Below are positions 1 to 14,070 of a stretch of DNA of 64,000 nt, in pieces. Source of the DNA: Eledone cirrhosa (Eukaryota). The notes beneath the pieces are model-generated. The model saw only the letters and a program-made list of their open reading frames with translations, searched no databases and was not told the origin of the DNA. Position numbers and translations under genes: made by a program. The stretch is taken from contig OZ024742.1 in the NCBI GenBank assembly GCA_964016885.1, positions 262,508,001 to 262,572,000 of the forward strand. Direction: 5' to 3'. The first letter of the stretch is position 1. Each line of letters opens with the position of its first letter.

Positions 1-535
1 CCGATGTGCTGAACGAGTGTGACTTTTGAGTCCAGCCAGCGACTTGAAAACTGGCACAAACACTACACATGTGACAATTATTGACACAGTGTACATGGTA
101 CCATGTGACGACAAGTGCAGAGAGATCTCCAGATACAAAGCAATGCCTGTGCCGTGAAGCTTTTATAGTGAGCAAAGGCACTGCACAAAGCCAGTCCCAC
201 TCTCTTAACCAAGATGATATTTATCAAAAAGAAGAACAAGTCAACATCATTGGAAACCATCAGAGTTGCAGGTGTTATATCAGAGTTTTCCTATTCCTAG
301 AATTCAGCCTTGACAAAGGCTAAGGGGTCATCTCTCCCGGTGATTTTGGATGGCCATTGACTCTTAAGAGCTCCTTTGCCCTTTGACAGGTTTTGTTTTT
401 AGTCCTGCAGGATGTCCAAAGTCACCCTCCTCACCAAGAAACCTTGGTGGGGTTGCCAGTTTAGTCGCCAACGACCCGACCATGAGACAGGTTGTACTGG
501 GATACATGTTACCAGTAGCACCAACTGGTGACCTG
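1..535 (-). mobile_element. Unclassified non-coding retroposon copy 1 (runs off window start), abutting (TACA/TA)n
   Basis: Reverse complement is near-identical to 6319-6850; same sequence as 39981-40357; strand inferred from the end shared by the other two copies. Confidence 0.75.
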
Positions 536-1505
536 ACATATACATATATACACATATATATACATACATACACATATACATATATATATACATATATATA
601 TACATACATATACACATACATATATATATACATACATATACATACATATATATATACATACATATACATACATATATATATATATACATACATATACATA
701 TATACATACATATACATACATATACACATACATATACATACATATATATATACATATACCTACACATATATATACATACATATACATACATATATATATA
801 CACACATATACATGCATATATATATACATACATACATATACATATACATACATATACCTACATACATATACATACATGTAAGAATATTTTCGAAACAGCG
901 AGTGGGTTTGAAATTATTAGAAATGTAAGCTATCGCTGTATTTTGACTAAAGAAATTAAAGAAATTATTTAGCCTGATAGTGGGGTTAAGAACCCTCGGA
1001 GAAATGGAAATAGATGAGTATTGACGTACATGGGAGTCGAACCCACATCTTTGGTTATCCATATACATACATATACACACACATATACATACACATATAT
1101 ATATATATACATATATATATACATATATTTATACATATATATATACACACATATATACATAGATATATATATACACATATATACACACACACACACATAT
1201 ATATATATATACATACACATACATATATAAATATATATATATATATATGCACATATATATACACATATATATACATAGATACACATATATACATAGATAT
1301 ATATATATACATAGATATATATATATACATAGATATATACATATACATAGATATACACATATACATACATACACATACACAGATATACATATACATATAC
1401 ATATATATATATATACATATATATATACATATATATACATACATATATACATACATGTACAGATATATATATACATAAATGTACATTCATATACATACAA
1501 ATATG
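536..1505. repeat. Compound (TA)/(TACA) microsatellite with a short non-repetitive interruption
   Basis: Direct reading; all YIHM-rich ORFs here are repeat artefacts. Confidence 0.95.
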
Positions 1506-1632
1506 TACATATAAGTAGAAGGGGTATTTAATTTCTTTGAATAATCCCTAATATATTTCCACTATCCAGTGAATTTCCAACCGATAAGGTATGATTTTCA
1601 TGGGTACATCTCTATTTATAAAACAAACTTTG

Positions 1633-1696
1633 TATTTTATCTGATGAAAGCGTACCAATGTTGTCTTGGTAGCCTTGAAATATATATAATAAAATA
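1633..1696 (+). ncRNA. Type I hammerhead ribozyme motif
   Basis: TATTTTAT / CTGATGA / imperfect stem II (aagcgtaccaa..ttggtagcctt) / GAAA / TATATA palindrome / TA / ATAAAATA; 8-bp stem I. Confidence 0.75.
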
Positions 1697-2073
1697 AATA
1701 TTGTTTTATAAATATAGTTTCCATTTATTTAATATCATTGTATATGTACATACACATACATACATGCATATAGCGAAAATCTGGAAAACTTGAGTTTTCA
1801 GGTAAAGAAAATGACCAGTTAACACACATCTTACAAATTCAATCAGTAAGCGAAATAGTAAGAATATGCAAGACTTTTATAAAATTTAACATGTAATTCT
1901 TCACTGTTGTTCTTAACTAAATTCCTGTAATCCTGTAATCCTGCTACGTTTTATTCTTAGAATCCAGAATTTTTCTTTATAATGAAAAAAGAGAGAGACA
2001 TACATATAGAAACATACAAACATGATTACAGACACACTCACACATATACATACATACATACATACATACATGC

Positions 2074-2129
<56 letters not shown>

Positions 2130-2181
2130 CTAATTATGTTTGTATATTATATATATATAATTATATATAATTATATGTATA

Positions 2182-2253
<72 letters not shown>

Positions 2254-2284
2254 TTAAGACAAACAAAGAGAGAGAGAGAGAGGG

Positions 2285-2398
<114 letters not shown>

Positions 2399-3964
2399 TG
2401 TGGTACAGCATTAGATTTATCAACGGCGGAAACAGACGACACTTTAAAATGGCAGTTGAGCTCTTCATGAGGAAAATGGTGATTAAAACATCCCGAACTT
2501 GTCTCTGTCTCTCATCATCTTTCTCTTTCTCCCCCCCCCCTCTCTCTCTCCATCCATCTATCTCTATTTTCTTTATCTATTTATTATTATTTTTTTGCTT
2601 AAGTTTTCTGTGAAAGTTAGCTTGGGAATTAAACAGAACAGGATCCATGCTATAAAGTATATCAGAAGATAATAATTTGTAATTCTTCCCCATTTAAACA
2701 GTGAGGAAATTATGGCCACATCCTTTTTCTTTTTTTTTTCATTTCATTAAATATGTCTATAAATATATATATGATGACAGGCATTTTGAAAAGATCGGGT
2801 TTAGGAAGAAGAGCGATACTTTTACACCAAAGTAGGAATACATACAAACATGCATAAATATATAAAATCCCCGCGGAGGGACCTGTCCGTTTGGTCTAAA
2901 TTACAGGCTTGCCTGATTAAGACAGAATACACAGTTACTAATATATATTGATAACTGGATATTCTGACGATATATTACAAGTTTCGCCGCAACAGGGCGA
3001 ATATCTCAAACGTGATAAATCGCTTCTTATAAAAAGAATGGCGACAAATACTTTTTCTCTAGTTTTTATTTTTTTACTGTGTTCTGATTGTGGAACATGG
3101 CTACCTTGTTAGGAGTTAGTTGGAGGACCACTCTGCTGCTACGCGGTGTTTTGCGACGCATGTTTCATAAGCCAATTTCAAGATAGATGGATTATGTTGA
3201 TCAGACACCTAGGTCTATCTGGGTGGTCAACATCATTAGAATCCACCAGAGTGCATCACAACCTCCCACATGACCACTCCCGACCAATCAGAATGGCCTC
3301 AATCTTTGCTGCCGCCGTTGTTGTTTAACTCCTGGCCAGTCTTCACCCAACAGATACATTGATCAAAGGTGTTTCAGCCACGATACTCCTTTTTTCTTTA
3401 AGACTGTATCATCCAGTGTGTTCTTTACTTATTTGAGACGGCATGGAATGTTTTAAGGTTGATTTTGGTTGCTATTTCTAGCACGCCAAGACATCTTTTG
3501 TAGTTCGTCTGGCAATGAAGATGCCATGGCCATGACAACCTCACCATGGTGACAATGACGATAGATGTGTAGTTGACATTTGCAGGTGTCTGTGTAACAT
3601 CTTCACGAATATCAAGTAGTCAAATAAGCCACAGCTATCGGAAGTGACTTTAGCAGCAGAGCTGTTTTCTACTTGAGAGTAGCACATATTCAGGATTGTT
3701 GTTGTTATCGTTAGAGATGATCTTTAGCCGAAGATCAATTCTGAATAGCAAACCTGTGGATCAAAGACGTTCCAGTCATGACCATCCATGAGGTTACATT
3801 GTCAAATATGTCCTTCCATTTTGAAGAATTTATTCAATTTTTTTAATCTGGGAAGATTAGGCTACCATTTCTAACAGGCCGAGCGACAGTGTAGAGGCAT
3901 CCATTTGTTATGGAAGTGTAGCCCAACCACAACACCAATGAAAGAACAAGCTGTATTTACGTCC

Positions 3965-4135
3965 CGTAACTCAGTGGTTCGACAAAAAAGCAACCGATAA
4001 AATAAGTCTCAGATTTATGAAACGAAATATGTACTGTGATGGATACGACTGACTAAATCCCAGTGGAGCACAAGCATCTCCACAGTCTAATAACTGAACC
4101 CAGTAAAATAATAAAGAAATGAAATATGTGGGTGT

Positions 4136-4173
<38 letters not shown>

Positions 4174-4174
4174 T

Positions 4175-4215
<41 letters not shown>

Positions 4216-4345
4216 GGTAGAGAAAGAGAACGATCACCTGGTACTTTATTTTTCGATCCCGTGCGGGATCCCAGCGGGATTTGAACTCGGAAGGTAGAGA
4301 ACCAGAACAAATACTAAGTATTTTGTCCGGTGCTCTAATGACCGT
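3965..4345. mobile_element. Two degenerate SINE-like fragments around a (CA)/(TA)/(GA) microsatellite
   Basis: GGTACTTTATTT..GATTTGAACTC motif shared with 8750-9005, 25733-25848 and 37400-37540; B-box-like GAGTTCAAATC on the minus strand. Confidence 0.5.
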
Positions 4346-4403
4346 CCGTAATAATAATAACGATAACAACAACCACAAGAACAACAATAACCATTTCCAC
4401 TAT

Positions 4404-4801
4404 AACGTTCTGGTCAATTAGTACAATTAAGTTCGTTTCGGTTGAGTGGTCACATGATCAGTCATGTGTAACCAAGTGTTGAAACAGGCAGGTGTGATGG
4501 TGTGATACTTACTGAGTCATCCAGACACTCTATTTTTGTTTTCCATGGTTCCCGTTATAGCTGCATCTGTTGTGTTCCGGATATAGAATGACGATGGGTC
4601 CTCTGTCGGTTTCGACGATCACCATTCAGTTAAGAGATCAACTGAAAGTCCTACTCGGGAATGGCTGAATATTCCATAATCATGTAATTCTCAGCATGAC
4701 ACCATATGTGACAAGACTGGAGCTTTGAATTACATTCCACCTTGTATTACAGTGTATGTGAGTGAGTACTCCACAGACACGTGTACCCTAGACATAACTC
4801 T
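4404..4801. repeat. ~400-bp segment duplicated in inverted orientation at 22614-23041
   Basis: Near-identical reverse complement apart from small indels. Confidence 0.9.
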
Positions 4802-5305
4802 CAGGAAGATTCAGGGCGATACAATATGAGACAAGGCTGGCCTTTTGCATTATAGGAGCAGTCCATTTCGTATTATAATGTAAGTGGTCGATTACAGATA
4901 TGTACCTTTAACGTTGGTGGTGATGGTGGTGGTGGTGGTGATAATGGTATTGGTAGTGGCAGTGGTATTGGTGGTGATATTGTTGGTGGCCTTGATGGTG
5001 GTGGTGGTGGGAGTGCGGTGATGGTGGTGGTGGTGGTAATGTGGTGATGGTAGTGGCGGTGGTGGTGGTGGCAGTGATGTCTGTGATACCTAACATGACA
5101 GAGACACAGTCTTTCATTATCCGATCGTACGTTCATCACTACGTTTACTACATTTACAAATATTTCAACAACAACGATTTTCAATAGACAGGCCTGACCC
5201 CTATCACATACATACACACATGCACAGGCACACACAGACACACACACACACAGAGACACACACGCACAGGCACACACAGACACACACACACACAGAGACA
5301 CACAC

Positions 5306-5395
<90 letters not shown>

Positions 5396-5809
5396 CACAG
5401 GCACACACACACATGCACACACACACACACATGACTGAGAATAGCTGAACTCAGTCCTGTTAACGAAGCCGTAAACGCAGTCGTTGAAAACATTCAAAAC
5501 ATTTCTACTGTTTGTCAGATTCATTATACACTAACGATGTAATGTTGTGTTACTAAATTCCAACCAGAGAGAGAGAAAGGGGAAGATAGAGGGGGTGAGA
5601 GAGAGAGAGAGAGTGACGGACAGACTGAGTGAGTGAGAGAGAAAGAGAGTGTGTATGTGTGTGTATCCATTCTGTTTCTTAATGGTGTTGAAAGAATTAG
5701 AGGGCAACGAAGAATGAAAGGTGAAAACTCACATAGATGCATACATCGACATTTATACAATCTCAACTATACACACAGTAATATATGTATCTCGGTGTGT
5801 TGAACATCC

Positions 5810-6185
5810 GTCGGTTCTTTGGATGAGTATTCCAGTTGCTTAATCAACGGGACAGCTTGCTCGTGCAATTAACATGCCGGTGACTGAAGATTCCACAGAC
5901 ACGTGTACCCTTCACATAGTTCTCTGGGAGATTCAGCGTGATACAGCATGTATCAAGGCTGGTCCTTTGAATTACAGGTAAAGTCCGTATAATTTAAGTG
6001 GCTGAGCATTCCACAAACACATGTACCCTGAACGTAGTATTCTGGAAGATTCGTCTGACAATGCTGGCCATTTGAATTAAAGGTACAACTAATTTTCCTC
6101 AGGTGAGTGGACTGCAGCAATGTGAAATATATTGTCTTACACAAGGTTACAACCTGCCGCCGGGAATCGAAATCACAACTTTACG
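5810..6185 (+). mobile_element. Degenerate interspersed repeat (CCACAGACACGTGTACCC family, SINE-like)
   Basis: Core motif recurs at ~4770, 5893, 6011, 22625(-) and 23340(-). Confidence 0.55.
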
Positions 6186-6318
6186 TGAATTTGATTCCAT
6201 GTGAATTTGATTCCGTTTTCAGAAACGTATGTATGTATGTATGTATGTATGTATGTATGTATGTATGTATGTATGTATGTATGTATGTATGTATGTATGT
6301 ATGTATGTATGTATATGT

Positions 6319-6910
6319 GTGCTACTGGTAACATGTATCCCAGTACAACCTGTCTCATGGTCGGGTCGTTGGCGACTAAACTGGCAACCCCACCAAGGTT
6401 TCTTGATGTGGAGGGTGACTTTGGACATCCTGCAGGACTAAAAACAAAACCTGTCAAAGGCCAAAGGAGCTCTTAAGAGTCAATGGCCATCCAAAATCAA
6501 CGGGAGAGATGACCCCTTAGCCTTTGTCAAGGCAGAATTCTAGGAGAAGGAAAACTCTTATATAACACCTGCAACCCTGATGGTATCCAATGATGTTGAC
6601 TTGTTCTTCTTTTTGGTAAATATCATCTTGGTTAAGAGAGTGGGACTGGCTTTGTGCAGTGCCTTTGCTCACTATAAAAGCTTCACGGGACAGGCATTGC
6701 TTTATATCTGGAGATCTCTCTGCACTTGTCGTCACATGGTACCATGGGCCCAGCACTATGTGTCAATAATTGTCACAAGTGTAGTGTTTGTACCAGAGTT
6801 TTCAAGTCGCTGGCTGAACTAAAAAGTCACACTCGTTCAGCGCATCGGTAGGGGTTCTCCTACATGGATATAAAGTAGTGGCCGTACTCGAAAACGAGTT
6901 GGCAGCCACC
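6319..6910 (+). mobile_element. Unclassified non-coding retroposon copy 2 within (ATGT)n
   Basis: Preceded by (TATG)n; ends CTCG-AAAA-CGAG-TTGGCAGCCACC followed by ATGTATGT. Confidence 0.8.
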
Positions 6911-8475
6911 ATGTATGTAACAAATTAAGACCGTCACTTGTCTTAAGCTGAACGTAAATACAATCAGAATTAAACTAAAGCAAACGACGAACCTAAAGAA
7001 ACGTAAACCAAACACTTACAATACACCCCAAACGCCAAATCCAGACTGCTCAAGGTTAGCCAGTCACCGACTCATACGAATTATTGTAATGGAGATAACT
7101 GACGTCATCAGGCTGTAGCCATTGTGTTGCGTAATTTCTATATTTTAAAAAGTCCACAGCGGCTACGATCCCATTACATAATTTGCATAGAACTCCCGCA
7201 TAACCAGTATTACCCTTAGGGTTTACCACCAACCCAAACCCTTTACACACCTGACCCGGTACACAGCAACGCGCCGATCCTAACCCTGTGTGCAACTACC
7301 AGGACGCAAACTGACCCAACTCAGCCGAGATCCTATATTTGATTCGAAACTTTTACCTTTTAAATGAACCAACAAACCCGAGAAGGAATTAAGCGAAGCC
7401 ATATGTCCAGCCAATAAATAACCGTGTGAATACGACTACAAACTTTGCGAAACAACTGCACATGAAATAATAAAGGAAATATTAAAACAGTAGAAGCAAA
7501 TAAAACGCAACAAGACATAAAACCTTTACAGGTTAACTCAGAACGAACGAAACTACTGCGCATAAATCGTAATTAGAAAAATAATAGTTCGAAATGAACA
7601 CGCAACATACGCTCTACTCGAATCTTATGACATAACCAACAAACAAAAGCCTAGAATAATATCAACTTATTTGTAAACCCGTGCCTGTAATCCAACGCTG
7701 CCTATTGACATATGTTGAGAATACCACATCGTACTGCCCCAAAATGGCCAAAGTCAGGGCCACTATCCCTGCCAGCGTCCGTCAATGACATCATAGTACC
7801 CGTATGTTAGTCTACTATCATTCAACTATCAACGCACTATCATGTCAGGCTACGTTAGCCGTTATACACATGACATCAGATGCTTTCGTCAGCCGTTATA
7901 CTCATCATATCAGCCACGTATACCATCCGCGAACCAGTTCTATTATCTTACCCCCCTTTCTTCAGCTAAATCCAGTTCCAGACTAGTATATAAAGTAGAG
8001 AAATCATCTATACTATTCAATCTAACCTAAAACTCAGTAGTCGATCCTATAATCCATCTCATATTCATGTCACTATTGTTAAGGTCCCCTTAACCACTAC
8101 TAAAGTCCTATTAACAAAAATAGCTATCTGTCTTTTTGTGCTCTTTCTAGCCTCGGCTATAGATCTACATTTATGCAACATCGGAATCAAAATACTTCTT
8201 GGAATACACCCTTTCTACTCCCCCATCTGACTACTACACAAACCCTCTACTTCAGGTTTAAGCCTTTCCACCAGTGCACCGATCTTCCCGACAACAGCTC
8301 GTAAATTCTATTAGCGCTAAAACTATAATTATTATCACCCAACAGGGACTACCTCTTACACTAAGAAATTACAAGCCGCCAATCCACCAGCACGATAATA
8401 TACATTTCACAAAACCTACTCAAATACTGCTCTACCTCGGGCCTATTGACGTCCCATCAACAGTCTTATCGAACT

Positions 8476-8669
8476 TAGCAATCTAAACTATAATAAAGGA
8501 AGATCTTCCTAGCAATCTAAACTATAATAAAGGAAGGTCTTCCTAGCAATCTAAGCTATAATAAAGGAAGGTCTTCCTAGCAATCTAAGCTATAATAAAG
8601 GAAGGTCTTCCTAGCAATCTAAACTATAATAAAGGAAAGTCTTCCTAGCAATCTAAACTATAATAAAGG
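8476..8669 (+). repeat. 34-bp tandem repeat, ~5.7 copies
   Basis: Unit TAGCAATCTAA(A/G)CTATAATAAAGGAAGGTCTTCC starts at 8476, 8510, 8544, 8578, 8612 and 8646. Confidence 0.95.
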
Positions 8670-8749
8670 TCTGCGGGACTGCGTACGTTTTTTTTTATTT
8701 TATCCCGTTAGTAAAATAAGTTGGATTACTTTGAATAAACAATTGTTTC

Positions 8750-9005
8750 TACTTTTGGCACAAGGCCAGAAATTACTCAGTGTATTACTGGTACTTTGAA
8801 TAAATACTTTGAATAAATAATTGTTTCTACTTTTTGGCACAAGGCCAGCAATTACCCAGTGCATTACTGGTACTTTATTTTATCGACCCCATTATGATGA
8901 AAGGCAAAGTCAACCTCAGCGAGATTTGAACTCAGATCGTAAAGGGACGTAACTACGCTGGAAAGCATGTCCGACCCTTTACCGATACTGCCAATTCACC
9001 GCCCT
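8750..9005 (-). mobile_element. tRNA-derived SINE, degenerate, with duplicated 3' part
   Basis: Minus strand has A-box-like GGTGAATTGGCAG and B-box-like GAGTTCAAATCTC; same family as 25733 and 37400. Confidence 0.6.
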
Positions 9006-9699
9006 GTACTTTGAATAAATAATGAATGAATATTACATAATTTATCTACTAAATTTCGTAAACAAAAATAATTTCGTAAAAATAAATAATTTAAAATTGA
9101 CTTCTTTTCAAAGTTGCACTTCCGGTATATCGTCGACACCACCACCATTTCAACTACCATATATATAGAAAGAGAGAGTGTGTGATGTCAACACTTCCGG
9201 TAGCGATCACTTAAATAAACATACTAATTTTCTGTCACTAATTTTCTCCTAATGCAGTTTATATATAATATCGTCTTTTTTAATGTATCATGGAATACAT
9301 TACTGATTACATAAGACTGTAACAACGTCTTCGTTCAATTTCTGTGTATATTGTCAATTATGATTTTATTTGATGTATCATATCTACATGTATATATACT
9401 TGCGTATAATATCAATATACACACTACACATGCTAGCAGAAAACTACCTGAAGGGTGGTTTTTCTGCTAGTACTAAATTTAATGCTCAACTTATCCACGA
9501 AATCATTGATTGATTCCAAAACCATCTTACCTTATTTAGACCCATTAACCCTCATAGATTCCCTGTATTTAGTTCCCTTCATCATCAACCTGAGATGTAT
9601 GTTCCCAACGATTTTTAAATCTCATGTAATCAAGTGCCCACCTCCTGGTAGCAGAAACTAAAGTTTTCAGAATCGCACGACCTTAATAACCGCACGATA

Positions 9700-9981
9700 C
9701 ATAATAACCGCAAAAAATGAATTGAAATGTACTAACCATTTCAATAACTATTAAACTCCTGCACAAACTACAGATAGAGTTTGTTTCGCCGAAAATTCGT
9801 GGCTGTGTCATATAATCCTAGGGAGTAAGGATTATCTGAACAGCACACCTAGAGATAATTTAGGTAACTAAATATCGCACATGGTGTCGGCGAAACAAAC
9901 TCTCTCTCTGTAGTTTGTCCAGGAGTTTAATAGTTAATGAAATGGTTAGTACATTTTAATTCATTTTTTGCGGTTATTATG
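9700..9981. repeat. Inverted repeat (~92-bp arms, ~95-bp spacer), Penelope/retrozyme-like remnant
   Basis: 9700-9792 is the reverse complement of 9887-9981; the arm carries a hammerhead 3' half (GAAA-CAAAC..GTTTG-TC). Confidence 0.8.
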
Positions 9982-10609
9982 TATTTTCCATTTGTTCATA
10001 GATTATATTCAAAACACACTTCTTTGTGTGTTTATCTCTATATATTATAAAGAGCCCAGTTTTTATACCTTGAGTTCATTAATTACAGGGTATTAACTCG
10101 AGTTTTTAACTCCGTTCTCCATTTGTATATATATATTGTTGCATAATATATGCAGACAGATGGTGCAGTGCACCTTACTGCTGCATTAGTGCCTACCTTA
10201 TAGGCACCCGTTTTACGTGTGTTGTGTTGAGGCAAATAACTATGTGTATACTCTGGTAATGTATCTTACATTGCCCATTGAGTGCGCTGAGATACAACGG
10301 GTACTGGCATTGATAAATATGCTGGGTCCGTCAACCCGTATTATATATATATAGATATAGATAGATAGATAGATATGTTTCTTTTTATTTGCCACCAGGG
10401 CATCAAAAAGTGGGACAAGTACAATGGGGGGGGGGGGGGTTACACAAAAAGGCGAGTAAAGAAAACAAATAACAAATATAAAATTAACAATAAAGTCCTC
10501 AATAGGGAGGGGGCGTTTGGGGGGTCGCACACACCCCCGAAAAAAGTGTGCAACCCTTCTCCTCAGGAGCACAGAGAGAGGGTGCTCCTCGTTCCTTCCT
10601 CTTTTCCAC

Positions 10610-13600
10610 CTACAGGCTGATGTAAAGAGAAGGCCCATTCACACGGGCCATTCTCGCCACTTTCACCCACCTTTCATAAAAACGACTGGGGTGCAGCACC
10701 TCTCTCTCCATCCTGATCCTTCTTCCGAAATGATATCGGAAGAAACGGACCAGGTGTTGGCCAGAGAGAAAGGTGCCTGACCTCAGTTCTTTCAGACGCG
10801 TCCACCATACAACCTCTTTCACCATGGCTATTACGCACAGAAACACCGCCTCTCCTTCATTTTTGAAGGGGGAGGCGGCTTGACCGTTACAATAGACTCA
10901 GTGGTCAACCGGATCGGTCCCACCCTTGACAGCAGTTGTTCGACATAGCCCCACAGATCGGCTACGCCAGAGCAGTGTACCAATGCGTGTGAAACGGTTT
11001 CCTCGTCGCACACGCATCTGGGACAGATCTTTTTGGCGGGGTCCCTACCCGGGCGCCCGTGTCTGTAGAGCTTTTCTCGAACGGATAGAGCCCCTCGGTA
11101 GCACTGCCAGGCCAGGGACTTCTGGAAGTTGTCCATAGGTCCCGGGCTGAATGTCCTACCGAACAGGCTGGCCAGTTCGTCTTCCTCCATGTCTAGGGCT
11201 TCTCCGAGGGCGTCGTCGCACCTGCTGCGTACCAGCCCTCTATAGAATTTTGCGGTGGAGTCTTCACTGATAACCGGGTCCGCCTGCCAGAGGGCGGTGA
11301 GCGCCTGGGCACACTCAGTGTGCCAGGCGCCCAGTTTTCTCGGTTTTTGCTTGACCCAGGATTGCAGCTCGGTGAGTGAGACGAGTCTGGGAAAGGTTCG
11401 TCTCACAAACGAGGCCCCCACCGGTTGACCGGTGAGGAATACGTGAAGGTGCCGAAGCCTTAATGCGTGTTTACGCATCATTAGCCACGACATCCCCAGC
11501 CCTCCTTTCGAAGGGTGTTGACAGCAGATGGATCTCCTCACCAAAGGAGCCCGCTTCTTCCAAAGGAATTGGAAGAGTGCGCGCTCCATCTTGGCGAGGG
11601 TTTCCCTTGGGCAAGGCACGACGGTCAGGAGGTAGTAGATGACGGACGCTATATAGGTGTTCGCCACCTCCGCCCGACCTTTCAGGGATAGTTTGCAACT
11701 GGCCCACTTCTGGGTCAGTGCAAACACCCTGTTCGTAACCTCAGCCCAGTTCTTCTCCACCTGGAGGTCTGGTCCGAACCAGACCCCGAGCAACTTCACC
11801 GGGCCCTCCGTCCAGTGTCCGACGACGCCATCGGAGGGCATCGGTTTTCCCCTCCACGTGCCGAGTTGCAAACCGATCGACTTGTCCCGGTTCAGCTTAG
11901 CCCCTGTGAACCTTTCGTACTCCTTCAGTAAGGTGCCGATCGCCCCGATTTCGGAGGCCGTCGACACCATTACTGTCACGTCATCGGCGTAGGCCGACAC
12001 CGCTTTCCGCAATCCCGGTTCCAAAGGGATGCCCTGCAACAACTCCAACTACCGCATAGTGGCTCGAGAGTCAATACATACAGAAAGGAAGAGAGAGGGC
12101 ACCCTTGTCGGATGGACTGCGCGATTTCGAACGGCTCCGAGAGGTAGCCGTTCACCTTGACTCTAGAACAGATGCGGCTGCTGTGCATAGCAGTGATCCA
12201 GCCCCTGAAAACGGGTCCGAAGCCTGCCGCCGCTAGCACCGCATCCAGGTAACCATGGTCGACCCTATCGAACGCCTTAGATTGATCCAAGTTTATCAGA
12301 GCCCCACCTAAGCCGGGTTCGTTCCCAACCCTCTCTATGATGTATCGCATGAGGTGGAGGTTGTCATGGATGGACCTGGACGGGATAGCACATGTCTGCG
12401 CATCTCCCACCAGGTTTCCCACGACAAGCGCCAACCTCTTTGCTAGCACCTTGGCCAAAATCTGTAACTCTGTATTTAGCAGAGTTATGGGCCTGAAGTT
12501 ACTTATATAGTCCCCCTTGTTCTCGTCCTTCCTCACTAGCGTGACTACGCCCTTGGTCACAGCACAGGGAATTCTCCCGTTCTGTTGCCAGTTGCAGTAG
12601 ACCGCCTCGAGGAGATCGGGGAACAAGTCCGGCATAGCTAGATATAGTTCGTATGGAAGACTATCGAGACCCGGGGATTTGCGTTTGCCGCATTGGCTCA
12701 GCACGTCCTCTATCTCAGCGGCTGAAATCGGCTCCTCGCAGGACTTCGCCTCCCTGTCCGAGAGACGCGGCAGGCCGTCGAGGTATGGACCGAAGTCCAC
12801 ATCCCCAACCGGCTCTCCGCCCCTTCCGAACAATCGGGCAAAGTGCCTTTGAAAGGCCTCACACATCTGCTTAGGTTCAAGAATCGCCCGTCCATCCTGG
12901 TCTCGCAAAGACCGGATGGTGGATCTAGTTCCACTCCTGGCTTCTGTCACGCGGGCCCAGCTAACAGCTTTGGCTCCCTCGTTCTCTAGCGCACGTATTT
13001 TACTTCGGACAACGCAGCCTTCGTGCTTCGCGTCGAAAAACTGGCTCAAAGCCGTTCTCGACGCTAGCACTCTGGCCACGTCGCCGCTTCTAATTGCCTC
13101 TTCTACTCTATCTATCAGCTCCCTTTCTTTCCTATTCCTATCCGCAGATAGAACCTTACTAAATTCTATCGAGACTAATCTAATCTCTCTCTTTAGAGAT
13201 ACCCACCACCTGCTGTTGACGATCGCTCCAGTCAACCGCTCCTTAACTAACGTACTAATCCAGTCCCTGTAAGCTTTACTTGCCGGTAAGGACAAGTTCA
13301 GCTTCCAGTAACCGGGGCCCTGTCTATGCGTTCTATCAAGGTTGACCATGCAGGTCACCAACTTGTGGTCTGAATAGCCAACCATGAGCATTTCTGGACA
13401 ACTTAGAAAGTCCCTGTCCTTATTTCTAACTAAGAACCTATCTAGGTACGATCTAGATTGACCGCTGCGATTTGACCAAGACCAGGTTGGCACCGTCGGA
13501 AAATTTAGTCGAAATCTATCGGCCAGGTCAAATCGGCCGAGTAACCCCTTGAGGCTGTTGCACCCCTCTCTATCGGGACATGCCCCTGCATAGTCCCAAC

Positions 13601-14046
13601 GTGCATCCAGGATACCATTCCAGTCCCCCACTAAAAGCAGGGAACGGGACGTCCCTAGAAAAGACTCCAGACGCTGGAAAAAGTCGGGCCGCTCTGTCCC
13701 AAAAGGGGCATATGCGGCTACCAGCCTAAAGGCTCCACCTTCACCACTGCCAAGGTCCAGCACCACCAGTTGACCCCCCTGGGTCCAAGTGAACTATCTG
13801 TGTGGCGAAACCCAGATATTTTTGCAGCAGAACGACAACCCCACCCCCACCTCCAGACTGACAGAGAGATGCGTGCACCTCAAAGTCATCAAAGGTGGGG
13901 GCTAGCTGTCGCATGCTGCTGATCCGGGCCTCGCAGATAACCATCAGATTTATAGATCGTGCCCTGAGGTCATTTAGAAGCATTGCTTGCTTCCAAGATG
14001 AGCCCAGGCCACGCGCATTTAGACACCCTATTCTCAGCACAGCCAT
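10610..14046 (-). pseudogene. Copy A ORF2 (APE endonuclease-RT-zinc finger), broken into 4 pieces
   Basis: ORFs 13741-14070, 11976-13766, 10831-12048 and 10610-10846 are colinear with the intact ORF 41916-45353. Confidence 0.92.
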
Positions 14047-14070
14047 GTTGGTGGTAAGGAGAAAAGGCAC

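Noticed and set aside
81-323. 80-aa ORF repeated in three copies with a REA..LNQD segment vaguely like a GIY-YIG tail
   Set aside because: Antisense to the inferred element direction, no GIY/YIG motifs, and copy 3 has an indel; conservation is explained by recent copying
1025-1060. tRNA-like T-arm (GTGGGTTCGACTCCCAT, minus strand)
   Set aside because: No D-arm or acceptor stem; the 5' half is replaced by microsatellite, so it is at most a SINE head fragment
2957-3010. CTGACGA followed by a GC hairpin as a hammerhead candidate
   Set aside because: No correctly placed GAAA, stem III and UH triplet on either strand
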